A stretch of 53,546 nucleotides of DNA, from the NCBI GenBank assembly GCA_022710975.1, contig JAKLGA010000009.1, positions 1-53,546 of the forward strand. The letters run 5' to 3'. A program made the translations under genes and the position numbers. This DNA comes from Myxococcota bacterium. GTDB taxonomy: Bacteria > Myxococcota > B64-G9. The notes under the pieces were generated by a model. The model worked only from the letters and a program-made list of their open reading frames with translations. It did no database searches and was not told where the DNA came from. Positions 1-10,300 of the stretch are shown here, in pieces (the stretch's first letter is position 1; every line of letters starts with the position of its first letter).

Positions 1-475
<475 letters not shown>

Positions 476-571
476 TCGGATCTACCTCCTGGAAGGTTTG
501 CCTTGCGCGTTCGGTGCACAGGGGTAACCATGTTGCGTGCAGTTGTCAAGGCATCGCGGGCAGTTGGATGA

Positions 572-1408
572 TTATTTCTTGAAGGCGCTCGCGCCAGCCA
601 GCAGCAGGCCTGCCACCAGGACCATGCTGGCGCCGGCCGGCAGCTCGAAGGCGAAGCTCAGGTAGTAGCCCAGGCCCGCCGACACGAGGCCGAACGCCGT
701 GGACAGGGCCAGGGCCTGGCCCATGCCGCGGGCCACCCGCAGGGCCGCCAGGGCCGGCAGCACGCACAGCCCGAAGGCCGGCAGCGCCCCCAGCGCCCGG
801 GTGGCCACCGACAGCATGAGCGCGAAGCCAGCGTACAGCAAGACCTCCAGGCGGTATACCCGCAGGCCGGCCGCGCCGGCCGCGGCCGGGTCGTGGGCGG
901 CGAACAGCAGGCGGCGGTGGCAGAGCAAGTGGCTCCCGAGCACCAGCAGCAGCGCGGCGGCCGTGGTCACCACCTGGCTGAGCTGGGCCAGCACGGCCTG
1001 GCCGAACAGCACACCCGAGATGTCGTGCAGATCCCGGCGCACGAAGGCGCCCAGCGTCAGCACCAGCGCGCTGCAGACCAGGTAGGCGACGCCGGTGGCG
1101 CGCTCGCCCCCGGCCTCGGTTCGGGCGAAGTAGAAGGCGCTCGCCACGGCGAACAGGAGTGCGATCCAGGACGGCTCGCACAGACAGTGCCAGCCGCTGT
1201 CGCCCGTGAGCCCGGCGGCCTCCTCGATCAGGAAGGCGACCACCACGCCCACCGCGGCCACCTGCGAGAGGGCCAGCGGCACGTACACCACCCGCTTGAG
1301 CACCACCCACACCCCGAGGTAGGCCAGCCCGGCGCCCGCGAGCAGCGCCACCAGCATGGCCTCCCACCAGATGGGCCAGTTCTCCCAGAAGGGGACGCCT
1401 TCGCTCAT
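572..1408 (-). CDS. znuB: Metal (Zn/Mn) ABC transporter permease, ZnuB/MntB family
   Basis: Polytopic hydrophobic protein starting MSEGVPFWENWPIWWEAMLVALLAG...; typical ZnuB length (~278 aa); ATG (complement 1406-1408) overlaps ATPase stop by 4 nt (ATGA). Upstream part of the 328-aa track ORF is read-through. Confidence 0.8.
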   Translation of the reverse strand: MSEGVPFWENWPIWWEAMLVALLAGAGLAYLGVWVVLKRVVYVPLALSQVAAVGVVVAFLIEEAAGLTGDSGWHCLCEPSWIALLFAVASAFYFARTEAGGERATGVAYLVCSALVLTLGAFVRRDLHDISGVLFGQAVLAQLSQVVTTAAALLLVLGSHLLCHRRLLFAAHDPAAAGAAGLRVYRLEVLLYAGFALMLSVATRALGALPAFGLCVLPALAALRVARGMGQALALSTAFGLVSAGLGYYLSFAFELPAGASMVLVAGLLLAGASAFKK

Positions 1409-2166
1409 GGACCCGGCTCCCTGAGGTGGACGTTCACCCGCTCCGCACAGCGGTCTATCTCCACCGGCTGGCCGTAGACCGCGGACAGGCGCTCCTCGGT
1501 CAGCATCTCGGCCAGTGGCCCGCACTCGAACAGCCCGGTCAGGTGGTTGACCAGGCACAGGTGGTCCGCCACGTTGACCACCTCGCCCAGGCGGTGCCCG
1601 ACCATCAGGGTGGTGAGCCGCCCCTCGCGGTGGAGGGAGCGCAGAAAGGCCAGGATGTCGGCCTCTCCCTGGAGGTCCAGCCCCTCGGTCGGCTCGTCGA
1701 GCACCAGCACGTCCGGCTCGGCCGTGAGCGCCCGGGCCAGCAGCACCCGCTGTTGCTGGCCGCTGGACAGGGTGGCGAAGGGTCGCCCGATGGAGGCCTG
1801 CATGCCCAGCCGCTCGAGCTGCTCCGCGGCCACGCGGCGATCCGCGGGGCCGGGTCCACGCCCCAGGCCGAGACGGTCGGTGCGCCCGAGCAGCACCACG
1901 TCGAGCACGCGCAGGGGGAAGTCGGGCTGCACGTGGTGGCGCTGTGGCACGTAGGCGAAGCGCGGGCGGGGCTCGGCCACCCGGCGCTCACCCCGGTGCG
2001 GCGGCAGCACCCCGAGCAGCGTCTTCACCAGCGTGGTCTTGCCGGCGCCGTTCGGGCCCGCGATCCCCCAGAAGTCGCCCTGCTCCACCCGCAGGGAGAT
2101 CGGCCCGAGCAGGGGCGTCCGATACCCCAGGATCACCCGTTCGAGCTCGAGCAGCGTGCGGCTCAT
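1405..2166 (-). CDS. znuC: Metal ABC transporter ATP-binding protein, ZnuC family
   Basis: 253 aa with Walker A GPNGAGKTTL, ABC signature LSSGQQQRV, Walker B VLVLDEPTEGLD; start MSRTLLELE at complement 2164-2166 overlapping znuA stop (ATGA). Longer 721-aa track ORF is a GC read-through artefact. Confidence 0.9.
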   Translation of the reverse strand: MSRTLLELERVILGYRTPLLGPISLRVEQGDFWGIAGPNGAGKTTLVKTLLGVLPPHRGERRVAEPRPRFAYVPQRHHVQPDFPLRVLDVVLLGRTDRLGLGRGPGPADRRVAAEQLERLGMQASIGRPFATLSSGQQQRVLLARALTAEPDVLVLDEPTEGLDLQGEADILAFLRSLHREGRLTTLMVGHRLGEVVNVADHLCLVNHLTGLFECGPLAEMLTEERLSAVYGQPVEIDRCAERVNVHLREPGP

Positions 2167-3071
2167 GGCCCGTTCGGCTCCCCTGCCACCAGCTCCACCA
2201 GCCGGTCGAACTTGGTCCACAGATGGTCCGTGCCGGGCAACGCGCCGACCATGGAGGGCAGCACCAGCAGGCGCGCCCCGGCCTTCTCGGCGAAGACCTT
2301 CGAGAGGCTGGTGGGGTGGTAGACCTCCTGCCAGACCTGGCGCACCCCGCGGCCCCGGGTCTCGGCCAGCAGCCGGGTGACGTGCGCCGCGGAGGGCGGG
2401 ATGCCGGGCTTGGGCTCGAGGGCGCCGGCCGAGGTCAGGCCGGCCCAGTCCAGCAGGTAGTCCCAGGATCGGTGGTAGACCGCCACCGGCATGCCCTGGA
2501 GCGGGGCCAGCCGCGCCCGCCAGGCGGCCGAGCGCTCGCGGTAGGTGGCCTCGAAGGTCCGCCAGCGGGCCGCGTAGCCTGCGCGGTCCTCGGGATCGAG
2601 CTCCAGCAGTTTCTCCTCGAGCAGCCGGGCCACCTGGAAGAGGGCCTCGGGCGAGGTGTAGTAGTGCGGGTTGCCGCCCGCGTGCACGTCGCCCATGGAC
2701 CGGTCGACCGCCGAGGGCACGTCCCGGGCCTGGATGGCCCGCGAGGCGTCCAGGTGGCCTCGGCCGCCGGGCAGCACCTCCGGGTTGCGCGCCTGGCGGA
2801 GCAGCGCGGGCAACCAGCCGTCCTCCAGGCCGAGCCCATTGCTGACCAGGAGGTCGGCCCGGTTGAGCGCCAGCACGAAGGACGGCTTGGCGTCCACGAA
2901 GTGGGGATCCTGGCTGCCGCGCACCATCGCCTCGGCCTGCACCCGATCGCCGCCCAGCTCGCGGGCGAGCTCGGCGAAGTCCGGCAGCGTGGTGACCACC
3001 CGCAACGCGGCGCCCGCCGCGGCGGGCGCGAGCAACAGGGCGAGTGCGGCGGCGATGGGGGCGAGTGCCAT
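2163..3071 (-). CDS. znuA: Metal ABC transporter periplasmic substrate-binding protein, ZnuA/TroA family
   Basis: 302 aa, signal peptide MALAPIAAALALLLAPAAAGAA, then LRVVTTLPDFAELAREL..., His-containing segments typical of cluster A-I SBPs; immediately upstream and overlapping znuC. Confidence 0.85.
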   Translation of the reverse strand: MALAPIAAALALLLAPAAAGAALRVVTTLPDFAELARELGGDRVQAEAMVRGSQDPHFVDAKPSFVLALNRADLLVSNGLGLEDGWLPALLRQARNPEVLPGGRGHLDASRAIQARDVPSAVDRSMGDVHAGGNPHYYTSPEALFQVARLLEEKLLELDPEDRAGYAARWRTFEATYRERSAAWRARLAPLQGMPVAVYHRSWDYLLDWAGLTSAGALEPKPGIPPSAAHVTRLLAETRGRGVRQVWQEVYHPTSLSKVFAEKAGARLLVLPSMVGALPGTDHLWTKFDRLVELVAGEPNGP

Positions 3072-3088
3072 GGCGATTTCCTCCGGGC

Positions 3089-4312
3089 CTAGAAGGCGTG
3101 GGCGCCGTGGGCGCCCGCGCTGATCTCGAGCTGCAGGAACACCGCGGCGTAGGGCCCGTCCATGCCCGGGGCCCGGCCCAGGTCCGCCTGCAGCCGCAGC
3201 TTGGAGAAGTGGGTGGGCAGGAAGCTGACCGCGGCCGAGCCACGCCAGGCCCAGGTCGCCAGCGCCGTGGTCCCCCAGGCCTCCCCCGGAAGCCGGGCGG
3301 TGTTGTCGGCCCGCAGCGCCACCAGCCAGCGGCGGTCGAGCTGCACGTCGAGCTGGACGTAGCCGCCGTGATCCAGCACGTGGCCCTCGGGGGAGTCGCT
3401 GTCGCGCAGCACGTACTCCAGGGTGAGCCCCACGGCCAGGGCGTCCTCGCCCTCGGACAGGGGCCGCCAGCGCAGGTACAGGTCGAGGCCATAGAGCGCA
3501 GCGCGCGTGTCGGCCAGCTCCACGCTCGGCCCCCAGGCGCCCGAGGCGCCGAGGGCGAGCGACCAGTCATCCCCGCCAGGCACGAAGGACTCGAGGCGGG
3601 TCAGGTAGACGAGCTGCCCCGGATCGCGGAGGTCCTCCCCCTCGGCCACGGCGGCGAAGGAGCTCGAGCGGAAGTCGGTCAGCGCGTGGGTGTCCAGCAC
3701 CTCCACCAGCAGGAGCAGGTACCAGGGCAGGGGCAGGAGCCAGCTCAGCTCGCCGCCCAGGCCGCCGAAGTGCTCCTCGGCCAGGAAACGCGCGTGCATG
3801 AGCGACGGGCTGGCCAGGTGCCAGGTGTGCAGGTGGCGGGGGTTCTCCCGGCCGAAGGCGGCGTTCAGCACGCCCAGCCGGGCTTGCAGGCTCCAGGGCA
3901 GCGCCAGGGTCGTGAGGTAGGCCTCCTCGAGCTCCAGGTGGGCGAGCTGGAAGCTGAGGTCGAAGCGGAAGTAGGGATCCACGGCGGCCGAGGCCACCCA
4001 CTCGAGCCCCTGCAGGGTGAAGCCGTTGTGGTCCGGGGCGTGGCCGCCCAGCCGCAGGTGGTCGTCCTGGGTGAACCAGCCCAGCGCCACGTCCAGGATG
4101 AGGCTCATGTCCAGGCCGAGCGAGGCCAGCAGGCCCACCGGCGCCTGCGGCGCGAGCAGGCTCACGGGCGGAGGAGGTGGACGGGTCGCCCCATCCTCGG
4201 CCTCGGCCGCGGCCAGGTCGGGATCCACCCCCTCGCCGTCCGCCTGTGCCCGGGGCGGCGAGAGCAGCAGGCTCAGGCCAGCCGCCAGCGCCAGCTTTGC
4301 CAGTCGCGGCAT
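3089..4312 (-). CDS. Outer-membrane beta-barrel protein (porin-like), probably co-transcribed with znuACB
   Basis: Signal peptide MPRLAKLALAAGLSLLLSPPRAQA (ATG complement 4310-4312), alternating amphipathic pattern, C-terminal ...GAHAF (aromatic terminal residue typical of OMPs); 17 bp upstream of znuA, 11 bp downstream of regulator gene. N-terminal 66 aa of track ORF are read-through. Confidence 0.6.
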   Translation of the reverse strand: MPRLAKLALAAGLSLLLSPPRAQADGEGVDPDLAAAEAEDGATRPPPPPVSLLAPQAPVGLLASLGLDMSLILDVALGWFTQDDHLRLGGHAPDHNGFTLQGLEWVASAAVDPYFRFDLSFQLAHLELEEAYLTTLALPWSLQARLGVLNAAFGRENPRHLHTWHLASPSLMHARFLAEEHFGGLGGELSWLLPLPWYLLLLVEVLDTHALTDFRSSSFAAVAEGEDLRDPGQLVYLTRLESFVPGGDDWSLALGASGAWGPSVELADTRAALYGLDLYLRWRPLSEGEDALAVGLTLEYVLRDSDSPEGHVLDHGGYVQLDVQLDRRWLVALRADNTARLPGEAWGTTALATWAWRGSAAVSFLPTHFSKLRLQADLGRAPGMDGPYAAVFLQLEISAGAHGAHAF

Positions 4313-4323
4313 GCCGTCCCTCC

Positions 4324-4644
4324 CTAGCCAGCCTTTGCGGTTCGCGCGCGCGCCGGCGCCCGGTGGCGCGCGGCGCGCTCGTGGTGGCCGTCGCACTCGC
4401 ACACCAGGTGCACGGCGTGGCAGGACTCGCACTCCCGCACCGAGTGATCCTCGAGGAAGCCCTTCCAGTGCTCGCGCTGCTCGAGGCTCAGGATGCCGGT
4501 GCCCTTGCACAACGGGCAGGCCCCGTCCAGCGCCGCCAGGATGGCCCCGCGGATGAACTCCGAGCGGTTCTGGACCCCGCGCATGGCCTCGGCCAGCGCC
4601 GCGTCCACCTTGAAGGTGATCATCTCCTGCTTGGGCGAGGGCAT
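4324..4644 (-). CDS. Ribbon-helix-helix (CopG/NikR-like) DNA-binding protein with C-terminal Cys/His-rich metal-binding tail; candidate metal-responsive regulator
   Basis: N-terminus MITFKVDAALAEAMRGVQNRSEFIRGAILAAL is a textbook RHH (beta-strand followed by two helices); C-terminus CPLCKGTG...CESCHAVHLVCECDGHH carries 6 Cys + several His. First gene of the OMP-znuACB string; GGAGG RBS 4 nt upstream of ATG 4644. Confidence 0.6.
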   Translation of the reverse strand: MPSPKQEMITFKVDAALAEAMRGVQNRSEFIRGAILAALDGACPLCKGTGILSLEQREHWKGFLEDHSVRECESCHAVHLVCECDGHHERAARHRAPARARTAKAG

Positions 4645-4650
4645 GGCGCC

Positions 4651-4679
4651 TCCACGGTGTTACGCGGTAACACCATGGA
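4651..4679. promoter_or_regulatory. 29-bp near-perfect palindrome (core GTGTTACgcgGTAACAC) overlapping RBS of the RHH-regulator/OMP/znu operon; candidate operator
   Basis: tccacGGTGTTACGCGGTAACACCatgga reads nearly identically on both strands (2 mismatches at the outer edge); located 7-35 nt upstream of the operon's first start codon. Confidence 0.4.
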
Positions 4680-4731
4680 GGTGATACGGCCTATCACCCG
4701 GACCTGTCAAGCGCAGGGGAGAGATCCGGGC

Positions 4732-7194
4732 TTAGAGCCCGCGGAAGGCCACGTTGTCGATGCGCCAGGTGCCGGCCGCGCCCTCGGCCAGGTAGCCGTA
4801 GACGCGGACGGTCACGCTGGCCTGGTTGTCCACCAGGGCCGAGAGGTCGAAGACCCAGGAGCGCCAGTTCGCGTCGTCGGGCAGCGGGGTGATCGAGCCG
4901 GGGACCGCCGTGAAGGTCGTGCCGTCCAGGCTGTAGGCCAGGTTGAGCTCCCGGACGCCGGTGTTCGAGCGGCGCTCGTCGAAGGAGAACAGGACCTGGG
5001 TGCGCCCGGTGAGATCCACGGCGAAGGCGAAGTAGTCGGTCACGTCCTCCGGGGTGGCGGTGGTCCAGCCGTCCCGGGTCCAGGAGAATCCCACGCCGCC
5101 GAAGCCCGTGGGGAACTCGCCGCTGCCCGGGACGGTCAGGCCCGCGCCGGCCGTGGCGGTGCCGGCGCCCACCGAGGGCGCCGTGCTGCTGGCCTCGAAG
5201 TCCCAGACCGTGATGTCCACGCGCTGGACGGCGGGCACGCAGGTCGGGGTGCCGCTCGAGGCGTCGCAGGCCTCGCCGGCGTTGCAGGCGGTGGTGGTGA
5301 GCTCGGTGCAGCCGTCGGCGTCGGTGTCGGCGCAGGTCTCGATGGCCAGGAGGTCGGCGGAGCAGGCCGGGAAGTTCGCCGCCACGCAGTCGTCCGCGCA
5401 GCCCGCCAGGCACTCGGCGCTGCCCGCCGCGCCCTGGCAGCTCAGGCCCGCCTCGCACGGGGTCGAGAACAGGTCCGTGCAGCCGTCGCCCTGCATCACG
5501 CAGGTGTCCAGGTTGCCGTTCGCGTTGCAGGCCGGGAACAGCGCCGGGTTGCAGTCGTTCGTGCAGCCGCCGCCAGCGCAGGTGATGAGCTGGACCACGT
5601 CCAGCATGACGCTGCCGCCCGCGCTCACGGTGCCGTGCAGCCGCAGCGTGTGGGCCGCGCCGTCGGCGTAGGCCGACACGTCCACCTCCATCAGGTGCCA
5701 GGTCTCACCGTAGATCGGGTCCTCCACCGCGTACTGCACCACCTGGGTCCCGTCCAGCGTCACCTCGAAGAAGTCGCCGGCCGTGGCCCCGCCCGCGTAC
5801 AGGTAGAACCACAGGGTGGCGATGTTCGCCGCCGGGATGGTCACCGCCTGCTCCACGTAGGCGTCGTCCGCGTCGCCGCCGCCCATCCAGATCCAGTACA
5901 CGCCCTCCACGGCCACGTTCGACTGGCCGCAGCCGGGGTAGGTGCACAGCGGCGTGCCGTAGGCCGAGCTGTACTCCGTCCAGGTGCCCCCGGTCTCGAA
6001 CGAGCCGTCCACGATGGCGTCCGGGCCGCCCGTGCAGTCGCAGCTCGCCTGGTCCTCGGCGCAGGTCTCGTCGGCGCCGCAGCTGCCGCAGCTCCCGCCG
6101 CAGCCGTCGTCGCCGCACACCTTGCCCGCGCAGTCCGGCACGCAGCCCTCGCAGGCCGTGCCGTCCGCGTTGCAGACCTGCGGGAGCACGCAGCCCGGGC
6201 CGCACTCGCCGCCGCAGCCGTCCGGCCCGCACACCTTGCCGGCGCAGTCCGGGGTGCAGGCGATGCACACCGGCGGCACGGCCGTGGCGTCGCAGATCTG
6301 GTTCGCCTCGCAGGGCGTGTTGACCACCGCGTTGCAGGCGTCGGCCACCGCGCTGCACACGTCCAGGGAGAAGCCGTCCGCGCCGCAGGCGGTCTCACCC
6401 AGGGTGCACTGGCCGGTGCAGTCCAGCACGCACGCGGGCGGGTCCAGGGCCGGGTCGCACACGTTCCCGGCGCCGCACGGGGTGGTGATGAGGTCGGTGC
6501 AGCCGTCGATCTGCGTGCTGCAGGTCAGGCGGGCGTTGTTGGCCACGTCGCACTGCGGGTACTCGGCCGCCACGCACTCGTCCTGGCAGTTCTCCGCGCA
6601 GGTCGGCTCGTCGTCCACGACCACGCAGGAGGCGTCCTCGGCCGCGCAGTCCTGCAGATCGATCCAGCCCAGGCAGCCGCTGGCCTCCTGGCCGCAGCCC
6701 TGGATCACGCCGGTCGCGCACCGGCGCGTGCCGGCCGGGCTGCAGGCGTCCGTGCAGGTGGCCGCGCACTGGGCGGCGCCGCTGCCCTCGTCGCACACCT
6801 GGCCGCCGGCCGCGCAGTCCTCGCCGTTCACCCAGGCCAGGCAGCCGGCCGCGCTGGCCTGGCAGGTGCGGATCACGGTGCCGTTGCACTCGGTGCCGCC
6901 GACCGCGCTGCAGGTGTTGCTGCAGCGGCACTGGCCATCGGCCTGGCTGCAGGTCTGGTCCGCGGCGCAGGGCACGCCCGCGCTCCACACCAGGCAGCCG
7001 TCGGCGTTCGGGGCGCACACCTCGGGGTCGGTCGCGCCGCAGCGCTGCAGCCCCGCGCCGGCGCACACGCTCGCCTCGGGCAGGTCCTTGCACTTGTCGG
7101 TCGAGAACTTGTCGCCGCAGCCCGCCGCCGCCAGGCCCAGCGCCAGGCAGGCGGACAGGACACCCAGCACAGCTCGCTTCGAGAAAGCCTTCAT
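4732..7194 (-). CDS. Large secreted cysteine-rich repeat lipoprotein (Myxococcus cysteine-rich repeat type), paralog 1
   Basis: Leader MKAFSKRAVLGVLSACLALGLAAAGC (lipobox); many repeats of the form C...DGC..W....C; conserved ~160-aa C-terminal domain (WTRDGW...RRSNTG...TWRIDNVAFRGL) shared with paralog 2. N-terminal 14 aa of track ORF are upstream read-through. Confidence 0.8.
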   Translation of the reverse strand: MKAFSKRAVLGVLSACLALGLAAAGCGDKFSTDKCKDLPEASVCAGAGLQRCGATDPEVCAPNADGCLVWSAGVPCAADQTCSQADGQCRCSNTCSAVGGTECNGTVIRTCQASAAGCLAWVNGEDCAAGGQVCDEGSGAAQCAATCTDACSPAGTRRCATGVIQGCGQEASGCLGWIDLQDCAAEDASCVVVDDEPTCAENCQDECVAAEYPQCDVANNARLTCSTQIDGCTDLITTPCGAGNVCDPALDPPACVLDCTGQCTLGETACGADGFSLDVCSAVADACNAVVNTPCEANQICDATAVPPVCIACTPDCAGKVCGPDGCGGECGPGCVLPQVCNADGTACEGCVPDCAGKVCGDDGCGGSCGSCGADETCAEDQASCDCTGGPDAIVDGSFETGGTWTEYSSAYGTPLCTYPGCGQSNVAVEGVYWIWMGGGDADDAYVEQAVTIPAANIATLWFYLYAGGATAGDFFEVTLDGTQVVQYAVEDPIYGETWHLMEVDVSAYADGAAHTLRLHGTVSAGGSVMLDVVQLITCAGGGCTNDCNPALFPACNANGNLDTCVMQGDGCTDLFSTPCEAGLSCQGAAGSAECLAGCADDCVAANFPACSADLLAIETCADTDADGCTELTTTACNAGEACDASSGTPTCVPAVQRVDITVWDFEASSTAPSVGAGTATAGAGLTVPGSGEFPTGFGGVGFSWTRDGWTTATPEDVTDYFAFAVDLTGRTQVLFSFDERRSNTGVRELNLAYSLDGTTFTAVPGSITPLPDDANWRSWVFDLSALVDNQASVTVRVYGYLAEGAAGTWRIDNVAFRGL

Positions 7195-7243
7195 GACTCC
7201 ACCCTCCGGGATTGGTTGCGGCGCAGTATAGCCCAAGATCCGG

Positions 7244-7280
7244 AAACGAAAAAGCCCGCCCCCGGGATCCGGGGGCGGGC
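7244..7280 (-). terminator. Rho-independent terminator-like hairpin between the two paralogs
   Basis: Perfect inverted repeat gcccgccccc-gggatcc-gggggcgggc (7254-7280) followed on the minus strand by TTTTTCGTTTCC; lies 25 nt downstream of paralog-2 stop. Confidence 0.5.
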
Positions 7281-7304
7281 CATGGGGTCAGGTCAGAGCA
7301 GGGC

Positions 7305-10300
7305 TCAGAACGAGCGGAAGGTCACGTTGTCGATGCGCCAGGTGCCCGTAGGTCCACTTGCGCCGTAGCCGTGGATGCGGAGGGTCACGTTGGCCTGATT
7401 GTCCAGGAGGGCTGACAGGTCGAAGGTGCTCGAACCCCAGGCGCCGCCAGCTGCCGTGGCGGTGACCGAGCCGGGGACCTGCGCGAAGTCCGTCCCGTTG
7501 ATGCTGTAGTACAGCTCGAAGGTCGTCGGGCCCGTGTTCGACCGGCGATGGTCGAAGGTGAAGAGCACGGAGGTCGCGCCGGTCAAGTCAGTCGAGAACT
7601 GGAAGTAGCGGGTCGCATCGAACGCCACGACGTTCCAGTCCACGAGGCTCCACGACGCCACGCTACCGTTGCCGGCCGGGAAGGTGGCCGCGGTCACGTT
7701 GCCAGCGCCAGCTACGGCCGCGCCGGTACCGATGTTCGGCACGAGCTGGTCGGGGGCGGCCGCCTCGAAGTTCCACTGGGTCACAGGGGCCCGGACGGTG
7801 GCGGTGACCGTCAGGTTCCAGGTCCCGCGGCTCGTGATCGAGTAGGGTTCGGAGACCACGAAGTAGGTGCCGGCCGGCAGGCGGCGGGCGATCACGGAGT
7901 AGGCCCCGGTGCCGTCGTCGTCGTCGCATTCGAGCTCGGTGCCGCCGCAGCCGTCGAACAGCGCCAGGACCGTGTCGGTCACCGTGCCCGGGCCCGAGGT
8001 CTCGATGACCACGTCGGCGTCCTCGGTCAGGGTGAATGTCTGCCACACGTCATAGCCGGTCCGGCTGCCGGAGCAGCTGTAGGCGCTGAAGTCGTCGACG
8101 GCGTTCGTGTTGTTGACCACGGTGGTGGCCGTGCCGGTCGTGAGGTCGAGCACCTGGGCGGTGGCGCAGGTGTCCGGAGTCAGACAGCCGAAGACGCCGC
8201 CGCCGAGGTCGCCGCAGCCGACGGGGCACACGGTCTCGACCCAGGCGGTGCCGATGGCGTTGCAGGTCTCGAGGTTGTTCCCGACGTTGCACTGGGTGGT
8301 CCCGGCCGGGCAGATGACCGGCGCGGCGGTGACGGTCAGGGTCCAGTCGCCGAGATCGAGGAGGGTGTAGGGATCCATGACCAGGTAGTAGGTGCCCGCG
8401 GTCAAGCCGATGTTGATCAGGGAGTAGAAGTCGGCCCCGCTGTCGTCGTCGCAGGCGACCTCGGCTCCGCCGCAGGCGCTGAACAGCGCCATGACCGTGT
8501 CGTCGATCAGGCCGGGCGCCGAGGTCTCGATGGTCACGCCCGCGTCCGCCGCGAGGGTGAAGCTGTACCACACGTCGGCGCCGGTCTGGCCGGGGTTGCA
8601 GCTGTACTCCGAGAAGGAGTCGGAGAACAGGGTGTTGTCCACCACCACGCTGGCGCTGCCCGAGCTGACGTCGAGGAAGATCGGGTCGGCGCAGGTGTCG
8701 CCTTGGAGGACCTGGACCACGCAGGTGGGCGCGCCCGCCACCAGCTCGCAGGCCTCGTTCGCGCCGCAGGCGGTGCTGGCGAGCTCGGTGCAGCCGTCGG
8801 CGTCGGTGTCGGCGCAGGTCTCGATGGCCAGGAAGTCGGCGGAGCAGGCCGGGAAGTTGGCCGCCACGCACTCGTCCACGCAGCCGACCACGCAGGTGGG
8901 CACGCCGGCCACCAGCTCGCAGGTCTCGCCGGCGTTGCAGGCGGTGCTGGCGAGCTCGGTGCAGCCGTCGGCGTCGGTGTCGGCGCAGGTCTCGATGGCC
9001 AGGAAGTCGGCGGAGCAGGCCGGGAAGTTCGCCGCCACGCAGTCGTCCGCGCAGCCGACCACGCAGGTGGGCACGCCGGCCACCAGCTCGCAGGCCTCGC
9101 CGGCGTTGCAGGCGGTGGTGGTGAGCTCGGTGCAGCCGTCGGCGTCGGTGTCGGCGCAGGTCTCGATGGCCAGGAGGTCGGCGGCGCAGGCCGGGAAGTT
9201 CGCCGCCACGCAGTCGTCCGCGCAGCCCGCCAGGCACTCGGCGCTGCCCGCCGCGCCCTGGCAGCTCAGGCCCGCCTCGCACGGGGTCGAGAACAGGTCC
9301 GTGCAGCCGTCGCCCTGCATCACGCAGGTGTCCAGGTTGCCGTTCGCGTTGCAGGCCGGGAACAGCGCCGGGTTGCAGTCGTTCGTGCAGCCGCCGCCAG
9401 CGCAGGTGATGAGCTGGACCACGTCCAGCATGACGCTGCCGCCCGCGCTCACGGTGCCGTGCAGCCGCAGCGTGTGGGCCGCGCCGTCGGCGTAGGCCGA
9501 CACGTCCACCTCCATCAGGTGCCAGGTCTCACCGTAGATCGGGTCCTCCACCGCGTACTGCACCACCTGGGTCCCGTCCAGCGTCACCTCGAAGAAGTCG
9601 CCGGCCGTGGCCCCGCCCGCGTACAGGTAGAACCACAGGGTGGCGATGTTCGCCGCCGGGATGGTCACCGCCTGCTCCACGTAGGCGTCGTCCGCGTCGC
9701 CGCCGCCCATCCAGATCCAGTACACGCCCTCCACGGCCACGTTCGACTGGCCGCAGCCGGGGTAGGTGCACAGCGGCGTGCCGTAGGCCGAGCTGTACTC
9801 CGTCCAGGTGCCCCCGGTCTCGAACGAGCCGTCCACGATGGCGTCCGGGCCGCCCGTGCAGTCGCAGCTCGCCTGGTCCTCGGCGCAGGTCTCGTCGGCG
9901 CCGCAGCTGCCGCAGCTCCCGCCGCAGCCGTCGTCGCCGCACACCTTGCCCGCGCAGTCCGGCACGCAGCCCTCGCAGGCCGTGCCGTCCGCGTTGCAGA
10001 CCTGCGGGAGCACGCAGCCCGGGCCGCACTCGCCGCCGCAGCCGTCCGGCCCGCACACCTTGCCGGCGCAGTCCGGGGTGCAGGCGATGCACACCGGCGG
10101 CACGGCCGTGGCGTCGCAGATCTGGTTCGCCTCGCAGGGCGTGTTGACCACCGCGTTGCAGGCGTCGGCCACCGCGCTGCACACGTCCAGGGAGAAGCCG
10201 TCCGCGCCGCAGGCGGTCTCACCCAGGGTGCACTGGCCGGTGCAGTCCAGCACGCACGCGGGCGGGTCCAGGGCCGGGTCGCACACGTTCCCGGCGCCGC

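Noticed and set aside
4177-7368. 1063-aa plus-strand ORF antisense to cysteine-rich lipoprotein paralog 1 (and similar 7548-11489, 1313 aa, antisense to paralog 2; 11155-12654 antisense to VWA gene; 13434-15533 antisense to the kinase; 18195-22544 plus-strand 1449 aa)
   Set aside because: Translations are low-complexity Ala/Arg/Gly/Val-rich with no motifs. They overlap well-supported genes on the opposite strand. High-GC genomes generate long stop-free antisense frames by chance.
8719-9231. Regularly spaced 171-bp direct repeats: possible CRISPR array?
   Set aside because: Units are contiguous with no unique spacers. They are far longer than CRISPR repeats and lie in-frame inside a coding sequence encoding a repeated Cys module.
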